A stretch of DNA of 64,000 bases from Candidatus Micrarchaeota archaeon. GTDB taxonomy: Archaea; Micrarchaeota; Micrarchaeia; Anstonellales; Bilamarchaeaceae. Location: contig JAZDKI010000021.1 of assembly GCA_043803165.1 (NCBI GenBank), positions 5,576 through 69,575 of the forward strand, given 5' to 3'. Made by a program: the position numbers and the translations under genes. Below, piece after piece: positions 36,487 through 46,501 of this stretch (its first letter is position 1; every line of letters begins with the position of its first letter). The notes beneath the pieces were generated by a model that had not been told where the DNA came from, made no database searches, and was given only the letters and a program-made list of their open reading frames with translations.

Positions 36487-36502
36487 TCAGGCTAAATCAT
36501 CC

Positions 36503-37603
36503 ATGAAGCACACTATTTCTACCTTGGGGAGCCATTCGGCGCTCGATGTCTGCGAAGGGGCCAAGCGGGAAGGGTATCCGACCCTGGTCGTGGCACAAAA
36601 GGGCAGGGAAAAGACGTATCTGGGACCATACCGGACAAGGATGCGCAAGGCAGGGGCCAAGAAGCGCGAGGTCGGGGTGGTCGACGAACTCCTCCTCCTG
36701 GGGGGTTTCAAGGAGATCTGCTCGAGCGCGAGCCTGGATTTCCTTGCCAAGAGGGATGCCATCTTCGTCCCGAACCGGTCGTTTTCCGTCTATGTCGGAT
36801 ATGACGCTATTGAGAAGGATTTCACCACGCCTGTCTTCGGCAACAAGTTCCTGCTCCGGGCAGGGGAGCGCGACGCAGCGAAAAACCAGTATCATCTGAT
36901 GGAGAAGGCGGGCATGAGGACGCCGAAAAAGTTCTCCTCTCCCGAGAAGATAGACCGGCTCGTCATCGTCAAGGTGAGCGAGGCAAAACGGTCTTACGAG
37001 AGGGCGTTCTTCCTTGCCCGCAGCTACGAGGAGTATAAGGAGAGGGGCGGGGCCCTGATCAAGAGCGGCAAGACATCGGAGGAGATGCTCAAAAAGGCGA
37101 CGATAGAGGAATATATCGTAGGCGCGCACTTCAACCTGAATTTCTTCTATTCGCCCGTGCATAACGACCTGGAGCTGCTCGGCATAGATACGAGGAGGCA
37201 GACCAACATCGACGGCTATCTGCGGATGCCGGCGGATGCGCAATTGGAGCTCCTCAAGGTCATGCAGCCCTCCACCATAGAGGTGGGGCATATCGCATGC
37301 ACATTGCGCGAATCTCTCCTCGAGCAGGCTTTCGACATCGGCGAGAGGTTTGTCAACGCCGTGCAGAAGGAGTATAAGGATGGCATCATCGGGCCTTTCG
37401 CCCTCCAGGGCGCTTTTGTGGAAGACGACGGCGAGAGGTTCGTCTGTTTCGACATCTCGCTGCGGATGCCGGGCTCGCCGGGGACCAGGTTCACGCCATA
37501 CCCGGGCTACCTTTTCGGGGAAAGCGTAAGCTTCGGGAGAAGGATCGCGATGGAAGTGAAGGACGCAGAGAAAGAGAAGCGCATGGACGATATCACCACT
37601 TGA
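36503..37603 (+). CDS. purP: 5-formaminoimidazole-4-carboxamide ribonucleotide (FAICAR) synthetase, archaeal PurP
   Basis: MKHTISTLGSHSALDVCEGAKREGY N-terminus and ATP-grasp layout. Strong TATA box gatatataaatata at 36471-36486, ~24 nt upstream (near-leaderless). Confidence 0.85.
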   Translation: MKHTISTLGSHSALDVCEGAKREGYPTLVVAQKGREKTYLGPYRTRMRKAGAKKREVGVVDELLLLGGFKEICSSASLDFLAKRDAIFVPNRSFSVYVGYDAIEKDFTTPVFGNKFLLRAGERDAAKNQYHLMEKAGMRTPKKFSSPEKIDRLVIVKVSEAKRSYERAFFLARSYEEYKERGGALIKSGKTSEEMLKKATIEEYIVGAHFNLNFFYSPVHNDLELLGIDTRRQTNIDGYLRMPADAQLELLKVMQPSTIEVGHIACTLRESLLEQAFDIGERFVNAVQKEYKDGIIGPFALQGAFVEDDGERFVCFDISLRMPGSPGTRFTPYPGYLFGESVSFGRRIAMEVKDAEKEKRMDDITT

Positions 37604-37644
37604 GAAGAAGGAAAATCAAGAAAAGAAGGCTCCCATCCTGGAGC

Positions 37645-38064
37645 CTAATAGCCATCCGGAGCCGGCACGTTGCCCAGCATGAACGGCACGAGCATCCTGT
37701 GCGCCTTGCGGGGCTTGTCGACGTTCAACGCGAAGATGCCGTCGCATTTGTCCTGCGACAGCATGGCCAGGGCCAGGACGTTTATCTTCTCGGTCTCCAG
37801 CATGTCGGTTATCTTCTCCATCGCATCGTTGGACACCTTTATCACGATGGATTCCGGAGGGGTGGTCCTAAAGCCGTTGCGCTCCAGGATCTCGAGGGCC
37901 TTCTTTGGGTCCCTGACCTCAAGACCGATCACCGCCTTCCCGCCCAGCACATCCACTGAAAGGCCGTCGATGTTGACATTCGACTTGCCGAGTATGTATG
38001 ATATGTCGGCAAGAAGGCCGACCCGGTCTTCTGATACGATCGTTACCGCTTTCATCCCCACCAC
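37645..38064 (-). CDS. ACT domain-containing protein
   Basis: Two ACT-like beta-alpha-beta-beta-alpha-beta halves (VTIVSEDRVGLLADISYIL...; INVLALAMLS...). Confidence 0.65.
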   Translation of the reverse strand: MVGMKAVTIVSEDRVGLLADISYILGKSNVNIDGLSVDVLGGKAVIGLEVRDPKKALEILERNGFRTTPPESIVIKVSNDAMEKITDMLETEKINVLALAMLSQDKCDGIFALNVDKPRKAHRMLVPFMLGNVPAPDGY

Positions 38065-38068
38065 CTCA

Positions 38069-38356
38069 TCAAAGGAGCGCCACTAGCTCCCCGCTTATGG
38101 CATCAAGGGTCCGGAAAGCCCGGTAATCGTCCGCGACCCCGCCCCTGAGCGCCTTGGCTTTCGCCTTGCTCAGCGATTTCACGACCCTCACCTTCTCGCT
38201 CACCGAGAGCGACAATGATTCGCCCCGGAGAAGGCTGTAGAGCTGTGACGCGGCATCGACGACGACACCATAGCGTGTCGGATCCTCATATGCCATCTCG
38301 AGCTCTGCTGTGAGCCCCATCAGCTTCTTTTTAGCTTTCTGGCTTGAGCCAAACAT
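38069..38356 (-). CDS. hypothetical protein (95 aa, Lys/Ala-rich)
   Basis: ORF only; no recognisable motif; co-directional and 4 nt upstream of the ACT gene. Confidence 0.35.
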   Translation of the reverse strand: MFGSSQKAKKKLMGLTAELEMAYEDPTRYGVVVDAASQLYSLLRGESLSLSVSEKVRVVKSLSKAKAKALRGGVADDYRAFRTLDAISGELVALL

Positions 38357-38563
38357 ATCAATCCCCCCACCGAGGGTTATAATGGCATAGGAGTTATATA
38401 TATGTTTCGCATTTTTTCATGTGATTTCTATTGAATTGTTTATATACTTTGTGCAAAAATACACCAATTTTCTGTTACATTGTTCAGATGACACATATTT
38501 TCACGGAAACACGGCCACGTCGTGGAAGCGCTATTTTATTAATTTTCAAGGCGTTTCCCCTTT

Positions 38564-39451
38564 ATGCACATCGTGATAGCAGACCAGATGGAGGAAGATG
38601 TGGTGAAGGGCATATCAGCCCTCGGGCAGGTCGTCTACAAGCCGGCAGATGTGAAAGCCGCGCTTTCTGATGCCGATGTCCTTATCGTCAGGAGCGCGAC
38701 CACCGTCACGAAGGATTTGATAGCCGGGGCCAAGAAGCTCAAGGTGGTGGCGAGGGCCGGGGTGGGATTGGACAACGTCGACCAGGCTGCATGCGCGGAA
38801 AAAGGCATCAAGGTGCTGAACACCCCGGGGGCGTCTACCAACGCCGTCGCGGAGCTCGTGATCGGACTGATGATCGGGGCCATGCGGAACGTCCAGAAGG
38901 CCCACCACCAGATGAAAGGCGGGAAGTGGGAGAAGAAGGCCCTCGTGGGCCGCGAGATAGAGGGCAAGACATTGGGCGTGATCGGCTACGGCCGGATCGG
39001 AGCGGCTGTCGCCAAGAAGGCGCATGCCCTAGGCATGAAGATAATCGCTTTCAATCCCCCGCCCCGCCATGAGGACGGCATCGCGAGGTTCGTCGACAGC
39101 CTGGACGAGTTTTTGAATCAATCCGATGTCGTGACATTGCATGCGGCGCTCACTGACGGCACCAGGATGATAATCAACAGGGACAATATCGCGAAGATGA
39201 AGGACGGCGCGTTCATAGTGAATACCGCAAGGGGCGAGATGATAGACGAGGGGGCATTGTATGAGGCGATAAAATCGGGCAAGATCTCCGGCGCCGCCAT
39301 CGACGTGTTCCCGGAAGAGCCCTACAAGGGGAGGCTGCTGGAGCTCGAGAACGTCTATCTGACGCCGCACCTGGGCGCCAGCACGAAAGAGGCGCAGGGC
39401 AGGATCGGCGCGGAGCTCGTCCGGATCCTGAAGGAGGAATTGAAGGGCTGA
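38564..39451 (+). CDS. D-isomer-specific 2-hydroxyacid dehydrogenase (D-3-phosphoglycerate dehydrogenase-like, no ACT tail)
   Basis: GVIGYGRIGAAVAKKA NAD-binding motif, catalytic R/E/H triad region (ARGEMIDE...HLGAST). AT-rich 200-bp upstream region with TATA-like tattttattaatttt at 38533-38547. Confidence 0.8.
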   Translation: MHIVIADQMEEDVVKGISALGQVVYKPADVKAALSDADVLIVRSATTVTKDLIAGAKKLKVVARAGVGLDNVDQAACAEKGIKVLNTPGASTNAVAELVIGLMIGAMRNVQKAHHQMKGGKWEKKALVGREIEGKTLGVIGYGRIGAAVAKKAHALGMKIIAFNPPPRHEDGIARFVDSLDEFLNQSDVVTLHAALTDGTRMIINRDNIAKMKDGAFIVNTARGEMIDEGALYEAIKSGKISGAAIDVFPEEPYKGRLLELENVYLTPHLGASTKEAQGRIGAELVRILKEELKG

Positions 39452-39461
39452 GCTGGTCTTT

Positions 39462-40187
39462 TTGGATATCATCATCGGGGCGCTTGCCGTATTGATTGCC
39501 ACTTCGGTCGGGGCCGCAGCTTCGCTCTTCATCGGCTGCGTGGACCAGAGGAAGAACGCGGTCATGCTGTCTTTCTCTGCCGGGGCCATGGCTTTCTCGG
39601 CCCTCGAGATGCTCAATGAATCGCACCGGACCGCAGACGGGTTCCAGATGCTGTTCGGATTCGCGGTCGGCCTGGCCGTGCTCGTGACCGCCGACAAGAT
39701 CCTCCCCCACGTGCACCACCACCTCAATAAGAGGGAGATCGAGCGTGCGAAGAAGAAGGCGCTCCTCTTGGGTGGCGCGATCGCCCTGCACAACATCCCG
39801 GAAGGGCTGTCCATCGCGACGGCGTTCGCCTCATCCGCTTCGTTGGGCTGGTTCGTGACCACGATCATCGCGGTCCAGGATATCCCGGAAGGGGCCCTGA
39901 TAGCGGTTCCCCTCGTCTGCTGCGGATTGAACAGGCGCGATGCGACATTATACGGGGTGTTATCAGGGCTCGTGGAGGCAGGGGCCGCCATAGCGGGGTT
40001 CATGCTGCTCTCGCTTTTCTCCCCGCTGATACCTTCCTCCCTCGCGTTCTCGGCCGGAGCGATGGCTTATGTAGTCCTCGTAGAGCTGTTGCCGGACGCA
40101 TTCTCGAAAGGTAATGAGAGGGCCGGCGCGATATCTTTTGCGGCAGGGGCCGGGGCGGCCTTCCTGATCGCCACGCAGCTTTTCTAG
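39462..40187 (+). CDS. zupT: ZIP family divalent metal (zinc) transporter
   Basis: Twice-repeated HNIPEGLS / QDIPEGA ZIP signature, His-rich loop (HVHHHLN), 8 TM. Confidence 0.85.
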   Translation: MDIIIGALAVLIATSVGAAASLFIGCVDQRKNAVMLSFSAGAMAFSALEMLNESHRTADGFQMLFGFAVGLAVLVTADKILPHVHHHLNKREIERAKKKALLLGGAIALHNIPEGLSIATAFASSASLGWFVTTIIAVQDIPEGALIAVPLVCCGLNRRDATLYGVLSGLVEAGAAIAGFMLLSLFSPLIPSSLAFSAGAMAYVVLVELLPDAFSKGNERAGAISFAAGAGAAFLIATQLF

Positions 40188-40194
40188 AAAAAGC

Positions 40195-40512
40195 TCACTC
40201 GACTTCGGCTTCTATCGTATCCGGTTCCACCGTGGCGATGATTTCCTTCTCTGCGGGCTTCTCGACGAAATGCCCGGCCATCTTGCCTCTCGGGAAGACG
40301 ACCACGTCCTTGTGCTTCAATGGGAGCTGGAACTCCTCGGCGAGGCGCACGAGTTCCGGCGTCGGGATGTAGTACTGGCTCATGAGGAACGGTATCGTCC
40401 CCCTGGATGTCTGCTCCCGCACCACGTTGAGGCGGTGGCTCTGCCGAAGCCCTGAGACGAACACCTTGACATCGACATATCCTCTCCTGAGGATCTCTTC
40501 CTTGCTTATCAA
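40195..40512 (-). CDS. hypothetical protein (105 aa)
   Basis: ORF with acidic C-terminus; no confident family assignment. Confidence 0.35.
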   Translation of the reverse strand: MISKEEILRRGYVDVKVFVSGLRQSHRLNVVREQTSRGTIPFLMSQYYIPTPELVRLAEEFQLPLKHKDVVVFPRGKMAGHFVEKPAEKEIIATVEPDTIEAEVE

Positions 40513-40524
40513 TGAATCCCTCCG

Positions 40525-41244
40525 TTAGTATGATCTCCCGACGCCTTCGAAGAAAATGATGTCGGGGCCTTTGTGCGCAGACAGCTTCTCCCCCTTGCGG
40601 AGCCGGCGGACGAAGACGCCGTCGGTTATGAATGCGCAGTCGCTTCCGACGGTTATAGAGACGCCGGATCGGTCATCGAGCAGCTGCGGGGAGAATGCGC
40701 GCTTATATGGACATATAGGCACCAGGTTTAATTCCCTTTCGCTCGGGCCTATCCTCTTCCCGCCGGCCGAATACGCGTATGCGGCGGAGCCCAAAGCCGT
40801 CGAGATTATCATCCCGTCGCCTTCGAAATGCGTCTCATGTTTCCCTGCGTCTGTCTCGACCGAGACGGACATCTCCGCCACCCGGTAGTGCGTCGCGTGT
40901 ATCACCACGTCATTCAATGCGACAAGCTTTTTGCCCCCGAACTCGCACTCGAGGGACATCACGAGATCGCGCTTATCGCTCGAAAGCAGGCCCATGATCT
41001 TCCCTTTCCAGTCGTCCCTGTGCAGTTGGCAGATGTAGCTCTTGTCGCCTCCGATGCCGAGGATCGCGCCATCAATCCTCCCCTTGTAATTCGCATAGAG
41101 GATGGTGCCGTCCCCGCCGATGCATATCGTGGCCTCAGCCCCTCTCTTGACGGTTTGATGCGCAGGAGAGAGGAATGCGCGGAGCTCCCTGGCCAGGTCT
41201 TTCGCCCACTGCTTCTTGGGATTGGCGAGGATCTTGATCTTCAT
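40525..41244 (-). CDS. nadK: NAD(+) kinase
   Basis: GGDGT, NDVVI, DGMIISTALGSAAYAYSAGG are canonical NAD kinase motifs. Confidence 0.85.
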   Translation of the reverse strand: MKIKILANPKKQWAKDLARELRAFLSPAHQTVKRGAEATICIGGDGTILYANYKGRIDGAILGIGGDKSYICQLHRDDWKGKIMGLLSSDKRDLVMSLECEFGGKKLVALNDVVIHATHYRVAEMSVSVETDAGKHETHFEGDGMIISTALGSAAYAYSAGGKRIGPSERELNLVPICPYKRAFSPQLLDDRSGVSITVGSDCAFITDGVFVRRLRKGEKLSAHKGPDIIFFEGVGRSY

Positions 41245-41276
41245 AAGACTGGTTTAGGGGGCGATTATTAAAAAAA

Positions 41277-41681
41277 TCAGGGGTAGCGTCTGCCGCCGAG
41301 GGGGCCGACGACGTTTCCGGTCGCAGAGACTCCGACTGCCGATTTCGGGCCGCTTCCACGCATGGATTTCGGCGGGGTCTGGAACTCGCCGTCCTTATCG
41401 GCCCTGCTCAGGTCGCCCCGGAGCTTGATCGTCATCTCCTTCATGCCTGGCTTTGAGAGAGCCCGCTTGGGGGACAGGGTTATCACGTGCGAGACGTCAT
41501 CCGTATTATCCGAGACCATGCCTACGAACCTGAGGTTGCCGGGCGATACCTGGACGCCCTGCTTCCAGACAAGCCTTGCGACATCCTTTGCGAGGTCTAA
41601 GGTCGTCTGTACCCTCACCCCGATCACGCCGAGGCTGGTGCTGTGCCCGAATTCGGAGTATTCGTAGATGGTCTTTGACAT
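41277..41681 (-). CDS. hypothetical protein (134 aa, Gly-rich C-terminus)
   Basis: ORF with AT-rich promoter region upstream (41682-41786); no confident family assignment. Confidence 0.35.
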   Translation of the reverse strand: MSKTIYEYSEFGHSTSLGVIGVRVQTTLDLAKDVARLVWKQGVQVSPGNLRFVGMVSDNTDDVSHVITLSPKRALSKPGMKEMTIKLRGDLSRADKDGEFQTPPKSMRGSGPKSAVGVSATGNVVGPLGGRRYP

Positions 41682-41786
41682 GAATATATATTATGCACCA
41701 CACAATATTTAAATATTTCCATAGGAGTATATTTATCAACACTATTATGCCAAGAAGGCGGTGGACAGACGGCGGTTTGAAAAAAA

Positions 41787-42227
41787 TCAGTACATGACGC
41801 ACCTGCACTTGGGGCACATCATCCCTTTGGTGGCCGGATCGCCGCATCTCGGACAGTAGACGATGGAAGCTAGTTTCGACCTGTTCCGAAAAGCGCCTGA
41901 CGGCTTCATGTAGCCGCAGGGCTCCATCACCTTGCCTCCGATGCGCTTCGTCTGCTCGACATGCTTATCGAAATCGTCGGTCAGGCCTTTTTTCGGGGTG
42001 AAGGTGATGATGAATTCGCCTTTGGCTAGGGGGCTGGCCGGCGGGGATGTGCAATCCGATTCCCGTATGCTTGCGCGCTTCCCGCCCGCCTGCGCTATCG
42101 CGGATTCGATTTCGCTCTTCCAGCACCCGCAAGGAGAGATCACCCTGACCTGGTGGTATGTGGCGTCGTATATCGCGCAGCCGGTCCATTCGCTATGTGA
42201 AGGTGGAGAAGGGCCGGAACTTGCCAT
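41787..42227 (-). CDS. hypothetical protein with C-terminal zinc-ribbon (CPRCG...CPKCRC)
   Basis: Start placed at MASSGPSPP (ATG 42227). The ORF-track extension to 42344 runs through the AT-rich promoter (TATA-like 42236-42254) and gives low-complexity peptide. Confidence 0.45.
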   Translation of the reverse strand: MASSGPSPPSHSEWTGCAIYDATYHQVRVISPCGCWKSEIESAIAQAGGKRASIRESDCTSPPASPLAKGEFIITFTPKKGLTDDFDKHVEQTKRIGGKVMEPCGYMKPSGAFRNRSKLASIVYCPRCGDPATKGMMCPKCRCVMY

Positions 42228-42345
42228 ATAAATCATATTTGTATATAATAGATAACAATTATAAAGCGAACTTCCATTTATGGAAAAGCAGCAGAAAAGA
42301 GAAAAAATAGGAAAAGGAAAGGGGCTTACGCCCCGATAAATCATT

Positions 42346-43428
42346 TCAGCCGAGGACTTCCAAGTCCGAGTGGTAGGACGGAACGCCTGTGGTCTCCTCT
42401 TCTGAGACCGAGGTGCCCGCTACCGAAGCGCCCTTCACGCCTGTCACGATGGCCACTATCTCGAGCTTGCCCTCGTAGTTCTGCATGATCCTGGCGCCCC
42501 ATTTCACGTTCGCCTCGGCGTCCATCTTCTCGGTCACCCATTCGCCGGCCTTGATAGCGTCGCCCAATGTCAGGTCGCTGCCTCCGGTGATGTGGATAAG
42601 GGCGCCCTTCGCGCCTTCGAAGTCGACGTCCAAGAGCCTGTTCTTAATGACGCCTTCAGCCGCAGCCTTGACCTTGTCGTTGCCCTTGCCCTCGCCGACC
42701 GCGATGAAGCCTACGCCTCCGCCTTCCATGATCGCGCGCACATCGGCGAAGTCGATGTTGATCAATGATGGCTGTGTGATGGTCCAGACCAATCCGCTGA
42801 TCGCCCTCGAGAGGATCTCGTCGGCGACAGCGAACGCTTCCGCCATCGGCAGGTTCGGCACCAATTGGACCAGCCTGTTGTTGTCCAGGATGATGACCGA
42901 GTCGCAGCTCTTCTTGAGGAGCTTTATGCCGTCATCGGCCCTCTTCTTCCTCGCTCTTTCCAGAGCGAACGGGTAGGTGACCATCGCCACGACGATCGCG
43001 CCCTGCTCCTTGGCTATCTGGGCCACGATAGGGGCAGCTCCGCCGCCGGTTCCGCCGCCCATGCCTGCGCAGATGAACACCAGGTGCGCGCCTTCGAGCT
43101 CCCGCTCGACGAGCGGCCTGTCCACTTCAGCCGATTTGGCGCCGATGTCCGGGTATCCGCCGGCACCGAGGCCTTTTGTGACCGATTTGCCGATCAGCAC
43201 TTTCTTCGCGCGCTCATGCACGATGTTCAGGTGCTGCTTGTCCGTGTTTATGGCTACGAGTTCCGTGCCTTTGACACCGCTCTTTATGAGCCTGTTGATC
43301 GTGTTGTTTCCAGCGCCGCCGACGCCGACGGTCACGATCTTGATGCTCTCCGAGCTCATCGCATCCGAGGACTGCTTCTCGGCCTGCGGATTGTTCTCCC
43401 CTACGACAGATCTTACCAAGTCTTCCAT
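42346..43428 (-). CDS. ftsZ: cell division GTPase FtsZ
   Basis: GVGGAGNN, tubulin signature GGGTGGG (FICAGMGGGTGGGAAP), T7 loop NLD region. Confidence 0.95.
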   Translation of the reverse strand: MEDLVRSVVGENNPQAEKQSSDAMSSESIKIVTVGVGGAGNNTINRLIKSGVKGTELVAINTDKQHLNIVHERAKKVLIGKSVTKGLGAGGYPDIGAKSAEVDRPLVERELEGAHLVFICAGMGGGTGGGAAPIVAQIAKEQGAIVVAMVTYPFALERARKKRADDGIKLLKKSCDSVIILDNNRLVQLVPNLPMAEAFAVADEILSRAISGLVWTITQPSLINIDFADVRAIMEGGGVGFIAVGEGKGNDKVKAAAEGVIKNRLLDVDFEGAKGALIHITGGSDLTLGDAIKAGEWVTEKMDAEANVKWGARIMQNYEGKLEIVAIVTGVKGASVAGTSVSEEETTGVPSYHSDLEVLG

Positions 43429-43672
43429 GTTTTCACCTTATTGTTTTTCTCTCTCATGAGTATGAGAGTCGATATGATGGGGATTTCGGCGGTTTATATG
43501 AATTAGGTTTATCGCCTGTGTTTTTAGTCCATAAAATTGCAGGGAAAAAAACAGAATCGCGAAAATCGAGGGGAAAGTTTAAATGTATTTAGTGCATGTA
43601 TTGACCGGATTCGGGCGATTGCAGTATGTTGCCCGTGCGATAGACGGATATTTGGTGGCCAGGGGTGTGTGG

Positions 43673-43891
43673 ATGGTGAAAGTGATAACGATAATGGATG
43701 ACATCTACGTCGATTTGTACAAATTGAAGCGCTCGAAGAACATGAGCTTCAGCGAGCTCTTCAGATATCTCCTCAAGGAGAGGAAGGAGGGGACGGGGAG
43801 CATCATCAGCATGGCAGGAAGGATAAACCATGACGATATCGATGCGCACGCGGTCGATAAGATACGCTATGAGACGGCCTGGGCCAGGTGA
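43673..43891 (+). CDS. vapB: VapB-like antitoxin (archaeal COG1753-type, ribbon-helix-helix-like)
   Basis: MVKVITIMDDIYVDLYKLKRSKNMSFSELFRYLL matches archaeal predicted antitoxins; ATGA overlap with the downstream PIN gene. ORF-track start 43583 rejected. Confidence 0.65.
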   Translation: MVKVITIMDDIYVDLYKLKRSKNMSFSELFRYLLKERKEGTGSIISMAGRINHDDIDAHAVDKIRYETAWAR

Positions 43892-44271
43892 TCCTTTTGA
43901 ATAAGATATGCTTGGATTTCGAGATAGCCCTCGACTTCCTTCGGGGGGATGTCCGGACGAAGGAGAAGCTCCAGCAGTATGCCGACCGGGAAGAGATCTG
44001 CATAACGAGCCTGACCATGATGCACCTCCTGGAGACCGTGAGCAAGAAGGACGTGGTCCTGGATTTCGCTTCGTTCGTGACCGTCCTGCCCCTCGATAAA
44101 TTGGCGGCGCAGAACGCATCTCGGATATCGAACGACTTGAGGGAGCGCGGGGAGCGCTTCGGCATAAACGAGAGCGTGCTGACAGCGGCTATATGCATGA
44201 CCAACGACGCGCTGTTATACGCGAAGAGGCCGGAGAATTTCACCGGGATAAAGGGCCTGCGGAAGGTCTAG
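43888..44271 (+). CDS. vapC: PIN-domain ribonuclease toxin (VapC)
   Basis: N-terminal ILLxxxxLDFEIALDFLRG with acidic residues at PIN positions (D, E, D), ~127 aa. Confidence 0.75.
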   Translation: MILLNKICLDFEIALDFLRGDVRTKEKLQQYADREEICITSLTMMHLLETVSKKDVVLDFASFVTVLPLDKLAAQNASRISNDLRERGERFGINESVLTAAICMTNDALLYAKRPENFTGIKGLRKV

Positions 44272-44276
44272 GCTGG

Positions 44277-45101
44277 TCACTCGCGGTTCAACGATTCCAG
44301 CAACCTCGCGGCCGCGGAAATCTGCTCCGGCGTTCCGGCCACGACCAATGAGCCGTTTTCTTCCCTGATGGCCAATTTCGGCCCGCCACCTCCAGCTTGT
44401 CCGGTAGCCCGAACAAGGGGTGCATTGTCGCCTGCAACAATCGCGTCGGTGGCCTCTACTGCCACCCCGAAGCCATAGGACGGCCTGTCGTCGAGGTCCA
44501 CGCCCCGCCTGTTGCCGTAGTCGAGCCAGTAGCCGCGGGCAACGAGGCCCACTCTTTTTCCGATTCTCCAAAGGAATCTGGCGGCCTCATTGCTGATATT
44601 AACTTCCTTTCCAGTTGGAATATCATATTTCGGATCACCGAGATGCCAGTTTTTCGAAGCAACGGGAAATTCGGAAACTACGCCAACTTCTTTGGCTTGC
44701 ACAACTCTTGTTTTTCCGTCTGTTTCAAGCGTGAAGCCCGGATGCTGAGCAACAAGAATAACGTTTTTCTTCCCTACGTGCTCTTCAGGGACCGGGAAGA
44801 CATATCTTATGCCTGTTTCAGAATCAACATATTCGATAGTTTTTCCGAGTTTCTGGTCGGGCTTATCATACCCTGTCATATCGCCGCCCCAGCAGGCGAA
44901 AGCCTCTTTCATGCCCCGCCACTCACCGCTTCCGACGAGGACTTTGCTCAGCCTTCTGTTTGAAGCTATGACTAGTCCGGCCTCATCAGCCCTGCGGAGG
45001 GCCTCTTCCATCGGAACGCCATCGCTGCGCTTTACAAAAACGGCCAGATTCGGACCTCTCGTCCTTTCCTTTCCTGAAACATGTTGCGCTGGATTAGACA
45101 T
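44277..45101 (-). CDS. hypothetical protein (275 aa)
   Basis: Start at ATG 45101 (MSNPAQHV) with GGTGG upstream; Gly-rich C-terminal region; no confident family assignment. Confidence 0.4.
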   Translation of the reverse strand: MSNPAQHVSGKERTRGPNLAVFVKRSDGVPMEEALRRADEAGLVIASNRRLSKVLVGSGEWRGMKEAFACWGGDMTGYDKPDQKLGKTIEYVDSETGIRYVFPVPEEHVGKKNVILVAQHPGFTLETDGKTRVVQAKEVGVVSEFPVASKNWHLGDPKYDIPTGKEVNISNEAARFLWRIGKRVGLVARGYWLDYGNRRGVDLDDRPSYGFGVAVEATDAIVAGDNAPLVRATGQAGGGGPKLAIREENGSLVVAGTPEQISAAARLLESLNRE

Positions 45102-45295
45102 ATGTCCACCTATAATAACATAAATTGTCACCATGCCCTTAAAAATATATCTGCCCCCACCACGGCGCCATCCTTTCATGATTATTTTCGCTTATGCAGG
45201 AATCGCCTTGGCCAACCGACGAGTTTCTTTCTCCTGATCTTTAAAATCAAGAACGGAGCGACAGGATTTATAATCAGAAACCGCGATAGCCAATC

Positions 45296-46066
45296 ATGCT
45301 CAAGGCTCTTGTCCTTACAGGGTTCGGGATAAACTGCGAGGTCGAGAGCAGGCACTGCATCGAAAAGACCGGGGGCAGGGGCGACATCGTCCACCTGAAC
45401 CTTCTTCTGGACAACCCGAAGATGCTCGAAGACTACAACATGCTCATGATACCGGGCGGATTCTCTTTCGGCGACGATCTAGGTTCCGGAAAGGTCTTCG
45501 GGAACAAGATGAAATTCAGATTGCACGAGCCGCTCGAAAGGTTTGTCAAAGACGGCAAACTCATCCTCGGGATATGCAACGGGTTCCAGGTGATGGTCAA
45601 GATGGGCCTGCTCCCTGAGCCGGACTTCCACCAGACCGTGAGCCTGACAGGGAACGACTCGGGTCATTTCGAAGACAGATGGGTATTCCTGAAAGCGAAC
45701 CAAAACTCGCCCTGCGTATTCACCAAGGGGATGGAATATCTTCTTGTGCCTGTGCGGCATGGGGAGGGGAAATTCGTCACGGCCGATAGCGGCGTCCTCG
45801 AGAATCTTAAGAAAAACAACCAGGTCGTGTTCCAATATGTCGACGAGAAAGGATCGCCCGCAGGCTATCCCTACAATCCGAACGGCTCGGTGGATAACAT
45901 CGCCGGGATATGCGATAAAAGCGGACGTATCTTCGGGATGATGCCGCATCCCGAGGCCTTCAACATCCCCGAGAACTGCCCGTACTGGGTCAAAGGGACG
46001 ATAAAGGAAGCGATGGGCCTGCGGATATTCAAGAACGCGGTGGACTACGCAACGAAGACGTTCTGA
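45296..46066 (+). CDS. purQ: phosphoribosylformylglycinamidine synthase I (glutamine amidotransferase subunit)
   Basis: GICNGFQ catalytic Cys, MPHPE His/Glu of the class I GATase triad. Confidence 0.9.
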   Translation: MLKALVLTGFGINCEVESRHCIEKTGGRGDIVHLNLLLDNPKMLEDYNMLMIPGGFSFGDDLGSGKVFGNKMKFRLHEPLERFVKDGKLILGICNGFQVMVKMGLLPEPDFHQTVSLTGNDSGHFEDRWVFLKANQNSPCVFTKGMEYLLVPVRHGEGKFVTADSGVLENLKKNNQVVFQYVDEKGSPAGYPYNPNGSVDNIAGICDKSGRIFGMMPHPEAFNIPENCPYWVKGTIKEAMGLRIFKNAVDYATKTF

Positions 46067-46501
46067 TCATTTCCCCACAACCTTCTCGGCTTTTTCGAGG
46101 AACGCCCCTGCGAAATCCAGGATCTCCTTCGCCTGGAGCTCGCTCGCCCGGAACGAGGCGGAATACTGCACCTCGTGCCTCTCCTCGCGGAAAGAATCGA
46201 AGAGCCGTATTGACTTGCTGTCGAAGATATCTCTGTGCGCTGATTCGAGATACCGAGCGATGCATATGTGGCTCTTTTCCCTGACCCCGTCGTTGAACAA
46301 TACTGCCTTCGATGCGCAGAGCAGAGACATGTACGCGAGGATTATCGTGGCGTCGAAACGCTTCTCTGCGAAGTTCGCTTTGGCATCCTCGAGCGCGGAT
46401 GCCGCTTTGCCGAGGCTCATTAGCGCCTGCTCCTTTGATGGAAGCGTCTTCCTCAGCATCCCCTTCGCGAAGCATTCCTCGACATCAATCAATCTTTTCA
46501 C
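46067..46501 (-). CDS. HEPN domain protein (toxin-like partner of adjacent nucleotidyltransferase)
   Basis: ~144 aa alpha-helical; R-x4-6-H region (REERHEVQY); overlaps the upstream MNT gene by 17 nt. Confidence 0.7.
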   Translation of the reverse strand: MKRLIDVEECFAKGMLRKTLPSKEQALMSLGKAASALEDAKANFAEKRFDATIILAYMSLLCASKAVLFNDGVREKSHICIARYLESAHRDIFDSKSIRLFDSFREERHEVQYSASFRASELQAKEILDFAGAFLEKAEKVVGK